Below, in pieces: positions 20,972 through 30,825 of a stretch of 64,000 nucleotides of DNA. Position 1 is the stretch's first letter, and every line of letters begins with the position of its first letter. The notes below the pieces were generated by a model. The model worked only from the letters and a program-made list of their open reading frames with translations, made no database searches and was not told the DNA's origin. A program made the translations under genes and the position numbers. Source of the DNA: an uncultured delta proteobacterium (GTDB lineage: Bacteria > Desulfobacterota > Binatia > UBA9968); assembly GCA_963728565.1 (NCBI GenBank), contig CAVSLC010000013.1:352001-416000 (forward strand), given 5' to 3'.

Positions 20972-22702
20972 CTAGGCGTGATTGGCTTGCCGTAGCGCCG
21001 CAGTTTTATTGCGATCGATCTGCCATCGGTCGGGCAACTTTACCAATTCATCGAGATTACCGTTGTAACGAACTACCACACCGTACTCTCGCTCTGCCGC
21101 TTCGGCCGTTATGTAGCCTTCGATCACGTCCCACCGCACCTTTTCAGCATCGCGCTCGAATGGATGACCATAGCCGCCGCCCCCGGGTAAGTTGATGTGC
21201 ACAACATCGCCTGGTTTGAGATCGACAAGTGCTTTTGCATGAAGACGCGTTCCATCGCCCAAAAAAACCTCTCCGGTAGCTCCGGACTGACCACCCAAGA
21301 GCCCGGGCGCGGGGTAGACTGTTCGGTCGGCGATGGAACTGACACTCCATTTACCCTCGCCGCGCCGGGTGAACTCCGTCAATTGCCCGAGGCCGCCGCG
21401 CCACTTGCCGCTGCCGCCCGAATCAGGACGAAGTTGGCGGCACTGCAAAACCACCGGCGAAAGACTTTCGATGATTTCAGCCGGAACTCCGGCAACCCCG
21501 CTGGGAAAACCGACTGCATTCAAGCCATCCTTTGAAGGCCGGGCGCCGGTGCCGCCGACTTGAAACAGCGTCAAGGTAAACGGCGGATTCTGTCCTCGCC
21601 AGACGCTCAGCCAGATGGGATCGGCTCCAGGCGCCATCAAACGTCCGGGCATCGCTCCCGAGAGTGCCGCGAAAATCGCGCTGGGGATAAAGTGACCGAT
21701 TACTTGGCGGCTGGCCACCGGCGCGGGCTCCAGTGCGTTAAGAATACTTCCCGGTGGCGCGCTGACATGCACCGGCCGGAAACTGCCTTCGTTGTGCGGC
21801 ACGTCGGGACAAATTGCCGCCTTGATGGCGAAACTGGCGTAGGCATGAGTGTAGTTGAGCACCACGTTAATGCCGCGGGTGCTCTGTGGCGAAGAGCCGG
21901 TGAAGTCGATGAAGATCTCGTTTCCCTTCACCTTCACCTGGCAGCGAACCACGATCGGTTCTTCGAAACCATCACTCCAAGTTTCGTTGCTCCATTCGCC
22001 GCTTGGCAATTTCGCGATTTCCGCGCGCACTGCAGTCTCGGAACGGCGGATGATCTCGTCGGCGACAGGGTCGATGCTGTCGAGCTCGAATTCTTCCATC
22101 ATTTCAAGAAGCGCGCGGCCGCCGGCATCGTTGCAGGCGGTCTGGGCGTAGAAGTCACCGATAACTTCGTCAGGCTGTCGTACATTGGAACGAACAATCT
22201 GCATCAGTATCCGATTAGGCTCGCCCCGATCAAACAACTTCATAATCGGAATCCGTAGCCCCTCTTCGAAAACCTCGCGCGCTTCAGCGGAAAGTATCCG
22301 GCCGCCGATATCGGCGCTATGACAGGTATTCGCAAACAACGCGACCAAGCGATCCTGCTTGAACACCGGCGTGGTAATCGTGATGTCGTTGATCTGGCCA
22401 GCGGTCTGCCATGGATCATTGGTAATCAAAACGTCGCCCGGGGAGAGCCGGTCGGCTGGAAAGGCAGCGAGAAAGTGCTGCATCGATGTGGCCATTGCGT
22501 TGATGTGCCCCGGCGTGCCGCTCAGAGACTGCGCGATCATCCGCCCTTTGGTGTCGAACAAGCCACACGCCAAGTCCTGGCTTTCCCGCACGATGGTGCT
22601 GAAGGCGGTACGAATCAGCGCATCCTGCTGCTCGTTTGCCACCGAAAGAAAACGATTCCAAATCACCTCCAGAGTGATCGGATCGATGGTTTTATCCTTC
22701 AT
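20972..22702 (-). CDS. Hydantoinase B/5-oxoprolinase family subunit
   Basis: RTAFS.IVRE..D, NDPW, H.ADIGG, EEGLRIP, DSGG.G.WRGGLG, PGGGGYG. Confidence 0.92.
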   Translation of the reverse strand: MKDKTIDPITLEVIWNRFLSVANEQQDALIRTAFSTIVRESQDLACGLFDTKGRMIAQSLSGTPGHINAMATSMQHFLAAFPADRLSPGDVLITNDPWQTAGQINDITITTPVFKQDRLVALFANTCHSADIGGRILSAEAREVFEEGLRIPIMKLFDRGEPNRILMQIVRSNVRQPDEVIGDFYAQTACNDAGGRALLEMMEEFELDSIDPVADEIIRRSETAVRAEIAKLPSGEWSNETWSDGFEEPIVVRCQVKVKGNEIFIDFTGSSPQSTRGINVVLNYTHAYASFAIKAAICPDVPHNEGSFRPVHVSAPPGSILNALEPAPVASRQVIGHFIPSAIFAALSGAMPGRLMAPGADPIWLSVWRGQNPPFTLTLFQVGGTGARPSKDGLNAVGFPSGVAGVPAEIIESLSPVVLQCRQLRPDSGGSGKWRGGLGQLTEFTRRGEGKWSVSSIADRTVYPAPGLLGGQSGATGEVFLGDGTRLHAKALVDLKPGDVVHINLPGGGGYGHPFERDAEKVRWDVIEGYITAEAAEREYGVVVRYNGNLDELVKLPDRWQIDRNKTAALRQANHA

Positions 22703-24767
22703 TAGTTAATTCCACCACGATCTGAAGCCGCTCATCCACCCGACGCGCGTCCCCGCGCACCGATGATCAAAGTGGACTCGCGTTCCTCGACGATCGCGGG
22801 TCCGGCAAACGTCATTCCGGCTTCAGGGCATAACGGTCATAGACCGTAGTTTCGCCATACCCGCGCGCAGAAAAGTAGGCTGCGCGCACTCCCTTGATGG
22901 CATTGCCCGCTTTCATTGATTCGCGCTGCAACTTCATATTCAGTTGCGGTTGCGGGCCCCGGGCAACCACGCGCCAATTGATGATTTCGAGCGGCACGTC
23001 AGGCCCTTTGCGGCCGTACAGCGCCTGGTAGGTATTTTCGAATGTCGCAATGACTGTCTCCAGATGCTTCACCTCCAACGTTCCATCCGGCAGAGACACC
23101 GAGACTTCGTGCCCCTGCCCCACATAACGCATGTCTGCAGTACGTTGGTACGAGATATCTTCCCCCGACACTCCCGAGCTTTCCAATACTTTTCGGCCCT
23201 CTGCCGCCATTTCGTTGAGCAAGCTGTTGGCGAATTGCCAGTCTAGCTCGTCCAGTCGACTGTATGCACTACGGACAAAATCGAAAGCTAGCGGCGCGGC
23301 AAGTAAACCGAACGTGGAGCCCACCCCGGCGCCGACCGGAGAAATCAGTGCCGGCAGCCGGAGGATCTCGGCCACTCCATAGCCATGAACCGGACCGGCG
23401 CCACCGAACGCATACATCGGCAGCCGGCGCGGATCTTTGCCCCGTTCTCCTAGATGGGCGCGCGCGGCATTGGCCATATTCTCATTGACAATCTGATGAA
23501 TGCCCCAGGCGACTTGTTCTACGGTCATACCGAGTCGCCGGCCGAACCGGCCAAGAGCGTTGCGCGCGGCATCGACGTCCAGCTGCATCTTACCGCCGAG
23601 AAAATAGCGCGCATCGAGGTAGCCGAGAATGAGATCCGCGTCGGTAACCGTTGGTTCGGTGCCACCTTGTCCGTAACAGACCGGCCCTGGATCGGCGCCG
23701 GAACTTTCCGGACCCACTTTCAGAAGCCCGAGAGAATCGATTCGCGCCATACTGCCGCCGCCGGCGCCGATCTCGATCATATCGATCACCGGAATGCGCA
23801 CAGGCAGCCCGCTGCCTTTTCTGAAACGATAGACCCGATCCACTTCGAATTCATGGGTCTTGAGCGGCCGGCCATCCTCAATCACACAAAGCTTCGCGGT
23901 GGTGCCCCCCATGTCAAACGATAGCAAATCTCGGTGACCGGAAAGCATGCCGGCCTGCGCTGCGGCGAGTGCGCCTGCCGCCGGGCCGGATTCAAGCAGT
24001 CGCACCGGGAAGCGTGACGCAGTATCTCGGGTTGCAATCCCGCCGCTCGAGAGCATGACAAAGAAGCTTCCACGAAAGCCGATCGTCTTTAACCGCGCCT
24101 CCAATTGCGCGAGATAATCAGACACTCGCTCCTGGACGTAAACATTTGCCAGGGTCGTGCTGGTGCGCTGGAATTCGCGGATTTCAGCAACGACTTCCGA
24201 GCTGAGCGATACGCGGATTTGCGGCGCGACCTCTGCAACGATTTCCCCCGTACGGCGTTCGTGAGCCGGATTGCGGTAGCTATTGAGATAGCTGATACCG
24301 ATGGCTTTGACTCCTTTGTCGCGCAACTCTGCGACCAGGCGGCGCACGAACCCTTCATCGAGCGGTTGCAACACACTGCCGTCGGCGGCGATCCGTTCCG
24401 GGACATCGAAGCGCAAGTGGCGCGGCACCAGCGGTTTAGGCAACTCCAAATTCAAGTCATAAAGTTCATAACGGTGCTCGCGGCCGATCTCGATGGCGTC
24501 GCGGAACCCCGACGTGGTAAGCAAGGCTGTGGGCGCGCCTTTGCGCTCAATCAGCGCGTTTGTCACCAGGGTCGTGCCATGAATCAAGGTGCCGCGTTGC
24601 TGGGGATTTACACTGCCGTTTTGCAGCGCCGGCTTGAGAGCATTCTCCACCGCCAGGCTGGGATCGCCCGGAGTGGTTAAGGTCTTGCCGATTACTGCGG
24701 CGCCGTCTTCACTCACCAACAGCATGTCGGTAAACGTGCCGCCAATATCGATGCCCACCCGATACAT
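22692..24767 (-). CDS. Hydantoinase A/5-oxoprolinase family subunit; C-terminus has two indels (about 22817 and 22742)
   Basis: GIDIGGTFTD, HGTT..TNA, ESGPAAG, DMGGTT, GAGGGS; the shifted tail reads GPAIVEERESTLIIG...VDERLQIVVEL and overlaps the B-subunit start. Confidence 0.9.
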
Positions 24768-24859
24768 AATTCAATACAGAAGCTGCTTGCCCAAGCCTTG
24801 GCTTCGCCAATGCTCAGGAGCAGTTTTCCTGCCTTTTTGTTTGGACCTGAATTGACTTG

Positions 24860-25879
24860 TCACTGCGCAAACAAATCCAACAAGCGTTGGGTTTGATGCG
24901 CCGCTGCCGGTCGCAGGAGAGGGATCTGCACGCCGGCATCACGGTACTGCTGCACTCGCTTTTGCACTTCGTCCGGCGTGCCGCTGGCGGTCATGCCTTC
25001 CACATAAGAATCTGGAATCGCCTTGATCAGCCCGTCCATGCCGCCCTCGGCATGTGCCTTTTCGAAAAGCGGAATGTCTTCCTTTCTAATATAGGGCTCG
25101 CCGACGCGCATTTTCGGCGCTGCGATGAACGAAATCTGCACCGGATCGAGTTTGGTCGCGACTTCCCATCTGACTGCATCGAGAGCCTTTTTATGATCGT
25201 CTTCCACCGAACAGTTGATGATCTGCGCGACTTGGAAGCGGGAAAAGTCGCGCCCGGCCTGCTCCGCCGAGTCCTTGATGATCTTTAGAGCGTTCACGGT
25301 GTATTCCGGTGAGCACACCGCGTTGAGGACAACTCCGTCGGCAATCTCTCCCGCCAAACGCAAGCCAACTGTCGCGGTGGCCGGAAGATGAATTGGGATA
25401 TTCGAACGAATCGGCTTCCATCCCAAACCGACATTATCAAAATTTACATACTTACCATGGTACGAGCACTTCTCGCCTTTGAGCAGCAAGCGAATCGATT
25501 CGACATAATCCCTTAGCACCTCCGTAGGCGTCGCCCCGACATCCTGAGGCAAGGCATGAACGCGGGCATGGCTTTTAGTGCAGGCTCCAGGGGCGATGGT
25601 CATGCGCCCGCCGGTCAATTCGTCCAATGTCGCCAGCGACTGCGCCATCACTACCGGACCGCGCAAACGAACGATTTGAGTAGTTCCTAGCTTCAGCTTT
25701 TTCGTCGCCAAGCCGATTGCGGCAAGCGAGCTCACCGAGTCGCGCATCAACTCGATGGTCTCAGAGAAAAAAGCCATCTCAAAGCCGCGATCCTCAGCCT
25801 GCTGCATGACCTCGGCCATCTCTCTGACATTGGTAAACTTGCCGTACCCGAGTGCGTAACCGACTCTACCTTGCGCCAT
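24860..25879 (-). CDS. LLM-class (luciferase-like, Mer-like) flavin/deazaflavin oxidoreductase
   Basis: AEDRGF, ATLDELTGGR, LAGEIADGV, GTPDEV motifs; GGGAG RBS before MAQG. Confidence 0.85.
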   Translation of the reverse strand: MAQGRVGYALGYGKFTNVREMAEVMQQAEDRGFEMAFFSETIELMRDSVSSLAAIGLATKKLKLGTTQIVRLRGPVVMAQSLATLDELTGGRMTIAPGACTKSHARVHALPQDVGATPTEVLRDYVESIRLLLKGEKCSYHGKYVNFDNVGLGWKPIRSNIPIHLPATATVGLRLAGEIADGVVLNAVCSPEYTVNALKIIKDSAEQAGRDFSRFQVAQIINCSVEDDHKKALDAVRWEVATKLDPVQISFIAAPKMRVGEPYIRKEDIPLFEKAHAEGGMDGLIKAIPDSYVEGMTASGTPDEVQKRVQQYRDAGVQIPLLRPAAAHQTQRLLDLFAQ

Positions 25880-26123
25880 TAAAAACTCCCTCCAAGTATC
25901 GCATGTATTCCGGTGATCGGATTCGAGCGAAATTATAGTCTGATTCCTAGACGAACGCGACTGGACTGTCAACGCAGGGGATTTACTTGGTGGAAGAAGG
26001 CCGAACACGACGATGCATCGATTAGGCCGATGAGAGCAATGTGCAGCTTGTCTAAGAGGCCATGGGTTGGCTGCCCGGGCAAATCGATTTGGTATATGGA
26101 TCGTCCGGCCGTCGCTACATCTT

Positions 26124-27641
26124 CTACTTCACTTTCATATTCCATCCATATATACGTTCGCTCGGTAACGGCCGATAGTCGATATTTTTAGCCATGCCGA
26201 ACAGCAATTGGTGACGCCAGAGAAAATGCGCCGGTGCTTCCTCCGTAATGAGGCTCATCACCTGACCGAGAATTTTCTTGCGTTTCGCCGGATCGAAGGA
26301 TTGCCGCTCGGCGGAGAGTAGTTCGTCCACCTTCGCGTTCGAATATCCAATACGAGGCGATCCTCCGCTCTCAAAATATTGGGATAAGGCGGCGCTAGGA
26401 TCAACCACACCGCCGCGACCCATGTAGTAGAACGGCACCTTGCCATTTTGCACGTTGGCCCAAAGCGTCGCCCACTCTGGGGTCAAAAGCTTGGTCCTGA
26501 TGCCTACCGCGTTGAGCATCGGCACCATCGCCTCGGTCAGCTGTTTGTCCAACGTGTATCGCCCTACGGGAGTTTGCAGTTCTACGTCGACTCCGTTGGG
26601 ATAACCCGCTTGCTTTAGCAACTCCTTGGCTTTTTCCGGGTTGTAGGTGTACTTCGGTTGCAGATTGGGATCGTAGCCGTATTGTCCGACACCGATAGGT
26701 CCATCGAGTCGCGACGCTTCTCCGCGGAGGATCGTCTTGATGAGGGTGTCCCTATCGATCGCATAAGCCACCGCCTGGCGCACCAGCTTGTTATCCCACG
26801 GTTTGACCTTCGGCATCATCCCCAAAAACATGATTTCTGCCGTATGAAAAGTGGTGATCTTATGGTTAGGGCTTCTCTCGACTCGCTCCCGTAAATGAGG
26901 CGGCACGAACTGCGCGATCTGGATTTCGTTATTGAGCAAGGCGGTAACCCGCTGTTCGGGCTCGCGCATGATGCGAAAAACGATTTCATCAGGAGCCTGT
27001 TTGTATTGTTTCCACATCGGATGGCTGGGATCTTTGCCGATCACCAGCCGCTGCCCGGGAATTAACTCGCGAAACTTGAACGGACCGGCGCCTACCGGAT
27101 GTTGGCGATCAGCAATCTCCGGACCGTATTTGTCGTAGATCGCCTTGTTGGTAATCATGATCCGGTCGAACAGATAATCGAGCAGCGGAGCGGTCGGCTC
27201 TTTGGTGGTAATTTTCACAGTGTGCTTATCGATGACCGTCTCGCTGGCGATGGCTGCGATGTTCTGGCGCTGCTTGCTTAACGGATCGGTGCGGATTCGA
27301 TTGATTGAATGTACGACATCCTCCGCGGAGAGCGGCGCACCGTTGTGAAATTTGATATCCTTGCGCAGGTGAAAAATCCAGTTGTTGGGATCCTTAACTT
27401 CCCAACGATCAACCAATAAGCCAACCGGCTGGCCTTTGTCGAAATCATACGTGCCGAGACAACCCAACACCTGGCACCAAACGCTATACATCAGCGAAAC
27501 ACTGTCAGCGTACGGATTGAAGGTATCCATGGTTTCGGTAACGCCGATGGAGATGCGCGTCTCTGCCGCCTGAAGCAGTTGTTTCGGAGCGCCAATGACG
27601 AAGACGGCGAGAAGGACAACGGCTATCGATCGTCGTTTCAT
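26124..27641 (-). CDS. ABC substrate-binding protein, family 5 (peptide/nickel type)
   Basis: Signal peptide; LRKDIKFHNG, PVGAGPFKF, VRQAVAYAIDR, YNPEKAKELL. Confidence 0.92.
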   Translation of the reverse strand: MKRRSIAVVLLAVFVIGAPKQLLQAAETRISIGVTETMDTFNPYADSVSLMYSVWCQVLGCLGTYDFDKGQPVGLLVDRWEVKDPNNWIFHLRKDIKFHNGAPLSAEDVVHSINRIRTDPLSKQRQNIAAIASETVIDKHTVKITTKEPTAPLLDYLFDRIMITNKAIYDKYGPEIADRQHPVGAGPFKFRELIPGQRLVIGKDPSHPMWKQYKQAPDEIVFRIMREPEQRVTALLNNEIQIAQFVPPHLRERVERSPNHKITTFHTAEIMFLGMMPKVKPWDNKLVRQAVAYAIDRDTLIKTILRGEASRLDGPIGVGQYGYDPNLQPKYTYNPEKAKELLKQAGYPNGVDVELQTPVGRYTLDKQLTEAMVPMLNAVGIRTKLLTPEWATLWANVQNGKVPFYYMGRGGVVDPSAALSQYFESGGSPRIGYSNAKVDELLSAERQSFDPAKRKKILGQVMSLITEEAPAHFLWRHQLLFGMAKNIDYRPLPSERIYGWNMKVK

Positions 27642-27658
27642 AAACCCTCCGTGGAACT

Positions 27659-28636
27659 TTACTTCCATAGCTGTTTATAAAATCCCTGGCTATCCAACTC
27701 CTTGACGAAGCGATCGTCGTAAAAAGCTTCGGGCTTCGCGTCTTTGGCTTTAGGGTTTCTAGCCGCCGCTTGATTCAATACCTCCTGGATACCCTCGCGG
27801 GTGTTGTAGGGAATCTTCTCGACATAATCCACGGCATACTGATAAACAGCATCGACGATTTTTGGATCCGTCGCCCGCGTAAACCTCCTGATTGCTCTGC
27901 GACTGAGATCCGGGTCGCTGAAAAGTTTGGCGACTCCTTCGGAATAGCCCTTCATGAAGCGGCGAATCAGATCTTCGTTCGCATTGATATAGGACCGGCT
28001 TGCCATCCAGGCGTCATGCGGAAAGTAGATTCCCGCTTTACCCATATTCATCAACACACGAGCGCCCGCTTCCTGTGCTCTTAAGTTGGCCGGGCTGGAA
28101 AACGGGGCGGCGACAATGGCCTTGGTCTTCATCATCGCGGCGGCGGCGAAGATATCGCCGGTTTGGACCATGGTAACGTCACGGTCGGGATTCATGCCGT
28201 GTTTACGCAGCAGATAGCGCATTGTGAAATCCGTTGAAGATCCGAACCGGGTAACGGCAACGGACTTGCCGCGCAGGTCCTCAATCGATTTGATCTCCGG
28301 CAGCGCCATAATATAAAAAGCGGGCACTTTGGCTAGAGCACCGATCATCACAATATCCGCGCCCGCCAGAGCAGCATCCACCGCAGCATTGCCGGCGGCT
28401 CCTGCCAGGGGTAAATCACCTCCCAGCATTGCCTGGACCATCTTGGATCCCGAGGTGATCAAAATAAGATGCGGCTGGATATTGTATTTTTCGAAAATTC
28501 CCGCCTCTTCGGCAACCCACAACCCCGCTTTGATGCCGGTGATCGCGGTATAGCCGATGGGCAGATTATCTCTCGCTGATGCTGAGGCAACCGAGGCAAT
28601 AAGAACGACCAGCAATACATACACTATTTTAATCAT
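27659..28636 (-). CDS. ABC substrate-binding protein, NMT1/SsuA type
   Basis: Signal peptide; WVA.EAG.F, DLRGK.VAVTRFGSSTD, F.DD.FV.ELD..GF. Confidence 0.9.
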   Translation of the reverse strand: MIKIVYVLLVVLIASVASASARDNLPIGYTAITGIKAGLWVAEEAGIFEKYNIQPHLILITSGSKMVQAMLGGDLPLAGAAGNAAVDAALAGADIVMIGALAKVPAFYIMALPEIKSIEDLRGKSVAVTRFGSSTDFTMRYLLRKHGMNPDRDVTMVQTGDIFAAAAMMKTKAIVAAPFSSPANLRAQEAGARVLMNMGKAGIYFPHDAWMASRSYINANEDLIRRFMKGYSEGVAKLFSDPDLSRRAIRRFTRATDPKIVDAVYQYAVDYVEKIPYNTREGIQEVLNQAAARNPKAKDAKPEAFYDDRFVKELDSQGFYKQLWK

Positions 28637-28685
28637 CTGTCTCTTCCTTGGACGCTGCTAGGAGGGTAATCGAACCCCTGGTTAG

Positions 28686-28756
28686 TAGGTATACCTATGC
28701 CGATGTGACGAACCACGCTGACGCGGACCTTATCAACTGGCGGAAAGAAGTGTCAA
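28686..28756 (-). promoter_or_regulatory. Candidate sigma70 promoter (TTGACA-N16-GATAAG) and perfect palindrome TAGGTATACCTA (28686-28697)
   Basis: Read directly from sequence, upstream of the eight-gene minus-strand cluster. Confidence 0.55.
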
Positions 28757-28820
28757 GCTGGCTGGGCGAATGGTAGGGTCGACAACCAACAGCAAATTCG
28801 CATCAAGTAAGCGCTATTTC

Positions 28821-29054
28821 TTAACGGCTTTTGATGATGACGCCGCACTTCTCGCAGCGGTATCGGGCAACGCCGCTCTTTTCCTCGACCAGTTCCTCAA
28901 ACTCGTATTGCTTTAATCCCGAGGTATCGAAACATTCCGGACAGAAACCATCTTTCAAATCGTCGCGCGGAAGGGTCAAATGACACTGGCGGCAGCGCAG
29001 TCGACTTGCAGGCTCAGGCAGCAACTCGAGCGTGGTGTGGGAGCAGGATGACAT
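28821..29054 (-). CDS. Small Cys-rich (double zinc-ribbon-like) protein
   Basis: CSH, CRQCH, CPEC and CEKC in 77 aa; starts about 24 nt after the ABM gene. Confidence 0.72.
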   Translation of the reverse strand: MSSCSHTTLELLPEPASRLRCRQCHLTLPRDDLKDGFCPECFDTSGLKQYEFEELVEEKSGVARYRCEKCGVIIKSR

Positions 29055-29077
29055 TCTTCCAGGTGTAGACGTCTGAT

Positions 29078-29383
29078 TTAGCTCTTCTCCGACTGCTGGA
29101 TGACTTCGTGCATTTCGAAGACATTAGGGCCGGCAAATATTTCGGCTCGCGGCCGGTTGCGGTGCGCTTCCTGAAACTCTTTGCTGTCGGTCCACCGTCG
29201 AAAGGATGCCTCGTCCTGCCAGTGGGTGAGCACGATGTAGTAGTCGCTCTTGATCGGCCGCAAAATCTCAAGCCGAATGAACCCAGGCATTTTGTCCACT
29301 AGTCCCGCTCTACCGGCGAATCGTTCTTCAAATTCTTTTTCGCAACCCTGGGAGACCTGAATTCGATTCGATACTACGAGCAT
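29078..29383 (-). CDS. ABM-family monooxygenase, IsdG/HmoA-like
   Basis: VSNRI, FEERF..R, PGF, W...F..W..S..F.EAH; GAGGG RBS. Confidence 0.85.
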   Translation of the reverse strand: MLVVSNRIQVSQGCEKEFEERFAGRAGLVDKMPGFIRLEILRPIKSDYYIVLTHWQDEASFRRWTDSKEFQEAHRNRPRAEIFAGPNVFEMHEVIQQSEKS

Positions 29384-29842
29384 AATTCCCTCTATTGTGA
29401 TTAATCCGGGATCCCCGTTTAAAAGCTGAGCGAGGGGCAAACCTGGAGAAGCGGAGACATCCGAGTGTTCAGTTCAAAGTCTTTTTTGACGCTTGCCTCG
29501 CTGCATCTATTTGTTTGACGCCGTTACGCATGGCAATGACAGCTGTCGGCCCCGCAGAGGTAGAAACGCATTGTCCGCGCTGCGGAAGGGTTGCCTCCTC
29601 GATCAAGGATTACTCCTTCAACTGCAAAATCCAGGTTGATGCGAAGATGGAAATCGAACGGGCGAACTGTCACAGTCATAGCCGCTTTTTAATAACTTTT
29701 CAAAATCTCCTGACTAGAGCTGCCGCCGTGTTTTTGTGCAGATTGTTGGGTGTGGCGATCTGATACAGCAGAAGGGACTCTCCGATCGCGTGAAGGAACC
29801 TGCCTGCAAGAGAGTGCGAAAGTGACGCCCGGAAGATGGCCC

Positions 29843-30631
29843 CTACCTCGCGGAGATCGCCGGTCGATCGCGCAATACGTTAGTAACGGCTACTGAGCGG
29901 GCCAGAACTTTTAACGCGTCCAGCCCTACCTCTAAGGCGATGCCGGGAATAGCTCGGTAACGGCGCGTTATTCTGTATTCTGTATCACCCAATTCCGTTA
30001 ATAGATAATTTTGCGCCGCGGCAATCGCCCCTCTTTGCGCCGCCACCATTTCTTTGCTGAGAGGCCCTTCCGGGCTCCATGGTGTTTTCAAACCGACTAG
30101 CACAAGGACTGCGCCTGAGTTCGCTGCCTCGATGAAAAGCTCGGTTGGAACCACTCCAGGATTCAGCGGCGGGTCTTTAACCGGCGTCTTCGTCGAGGTT
30201 CCCTCGATTTCTCCCGGGGATGCCGCGGGGTTGATCGGGCGATCGGGCAAGACATTGCTGACGCTGTTGGACTTCCTGAGCACCGCCAATGCATCGTTCC
30301 CCACCTCCAAGGCGATCCCGGGAATGGAGTCATAAACGCGCACAATCCTGAACTCGGTGCCGGATAACTGGGCAAGCAGATCGTTCTGGGCAAATCCAAT
30401 GGCCTGACGCTGGGTGACGATCTCATTCTCTGTTAGCGACCCTTCTAGGGTCCAGGGAACGTTTAGGCCAACGAGCACAAGTATCTTTCCGGCATTTGCC
30501 GCCTGATTCACAAGTTCATTTGGAACTTTGTCGATCTCGGCCGACGCGATGACGGGCCAGATACAAAAGGCGGCGACAAAAATTAGCAAGGACCGCTCAA
30601 CCGGAGATCTGCTGTAGGCTCGGTTTCCCAT
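29843..30631 (-). CDS. Secreted protein with two tandem subtilase-propeptide (inhibitor I9)-like domains
   Basis: Signal peptide ending ASA-E; internal duplication with a 125-aa period (VLVGL..PW..EG.L...Q..AI..AQN.LL..L..TE.RI.R.Y..IPGIALEVG.DAL.VL..S..V.NVL.DRP). Confidence 0.75.
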   Translation of the reverse strand: MGNRAYSRSPVERSLLIFVAAFCIWPVIASAEIDKVPNELVNQAANAGKILVLVGLNVPWTLEGSLTENEIVTQRQAIGFAQNDLLAQLSGTEFRIVRVYDSIPGIALEVGNDALAVLRKSNSVSNVLPDRPINPAASPGEIEGTSTKTPVKDPPLNPGVVPTELFIEAANSGAVLVLVGLKTPWSPEGPLSKEMVAAQRGAIAAAQNYLLTELGDTEYRITRRYRAIPGIALEVGLDALKVLARSVAVTNVLRDRPAISAR

Positions 30632-30825
30632 GTTCGGTTTCTCGCATCGCATCGATACAACCGCAATCGGATTGAGAAATTACCGCAGTAGAGTATTGTG
30701 CGCAATCGATTTTTTCAGTGAGATATGCCTTCGCCTCCACCGGCCATGACGAACCAAGAACGTGAGGCGGTGGCGTGCTTTCTTGTTCATCAGAGAGATC
30801 TGCTGTTTTCTATCTCTGCATCAAC

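Noticed and set aside
28648-28682. tRNA-like fragment (minus strand GGGTTCGATTACCC...CCA)
   Set aside because: Only a T-arm-like hairpin; no acceptor pairing, D arm or anticodon arm
29433-29470. c-di-GMP-I riboswitch (GGGCAAACC)
   Set aside because: Lacks the GNRA-capped stem and GACGCAAAGC continuation, and no credible downstream gene on that strand
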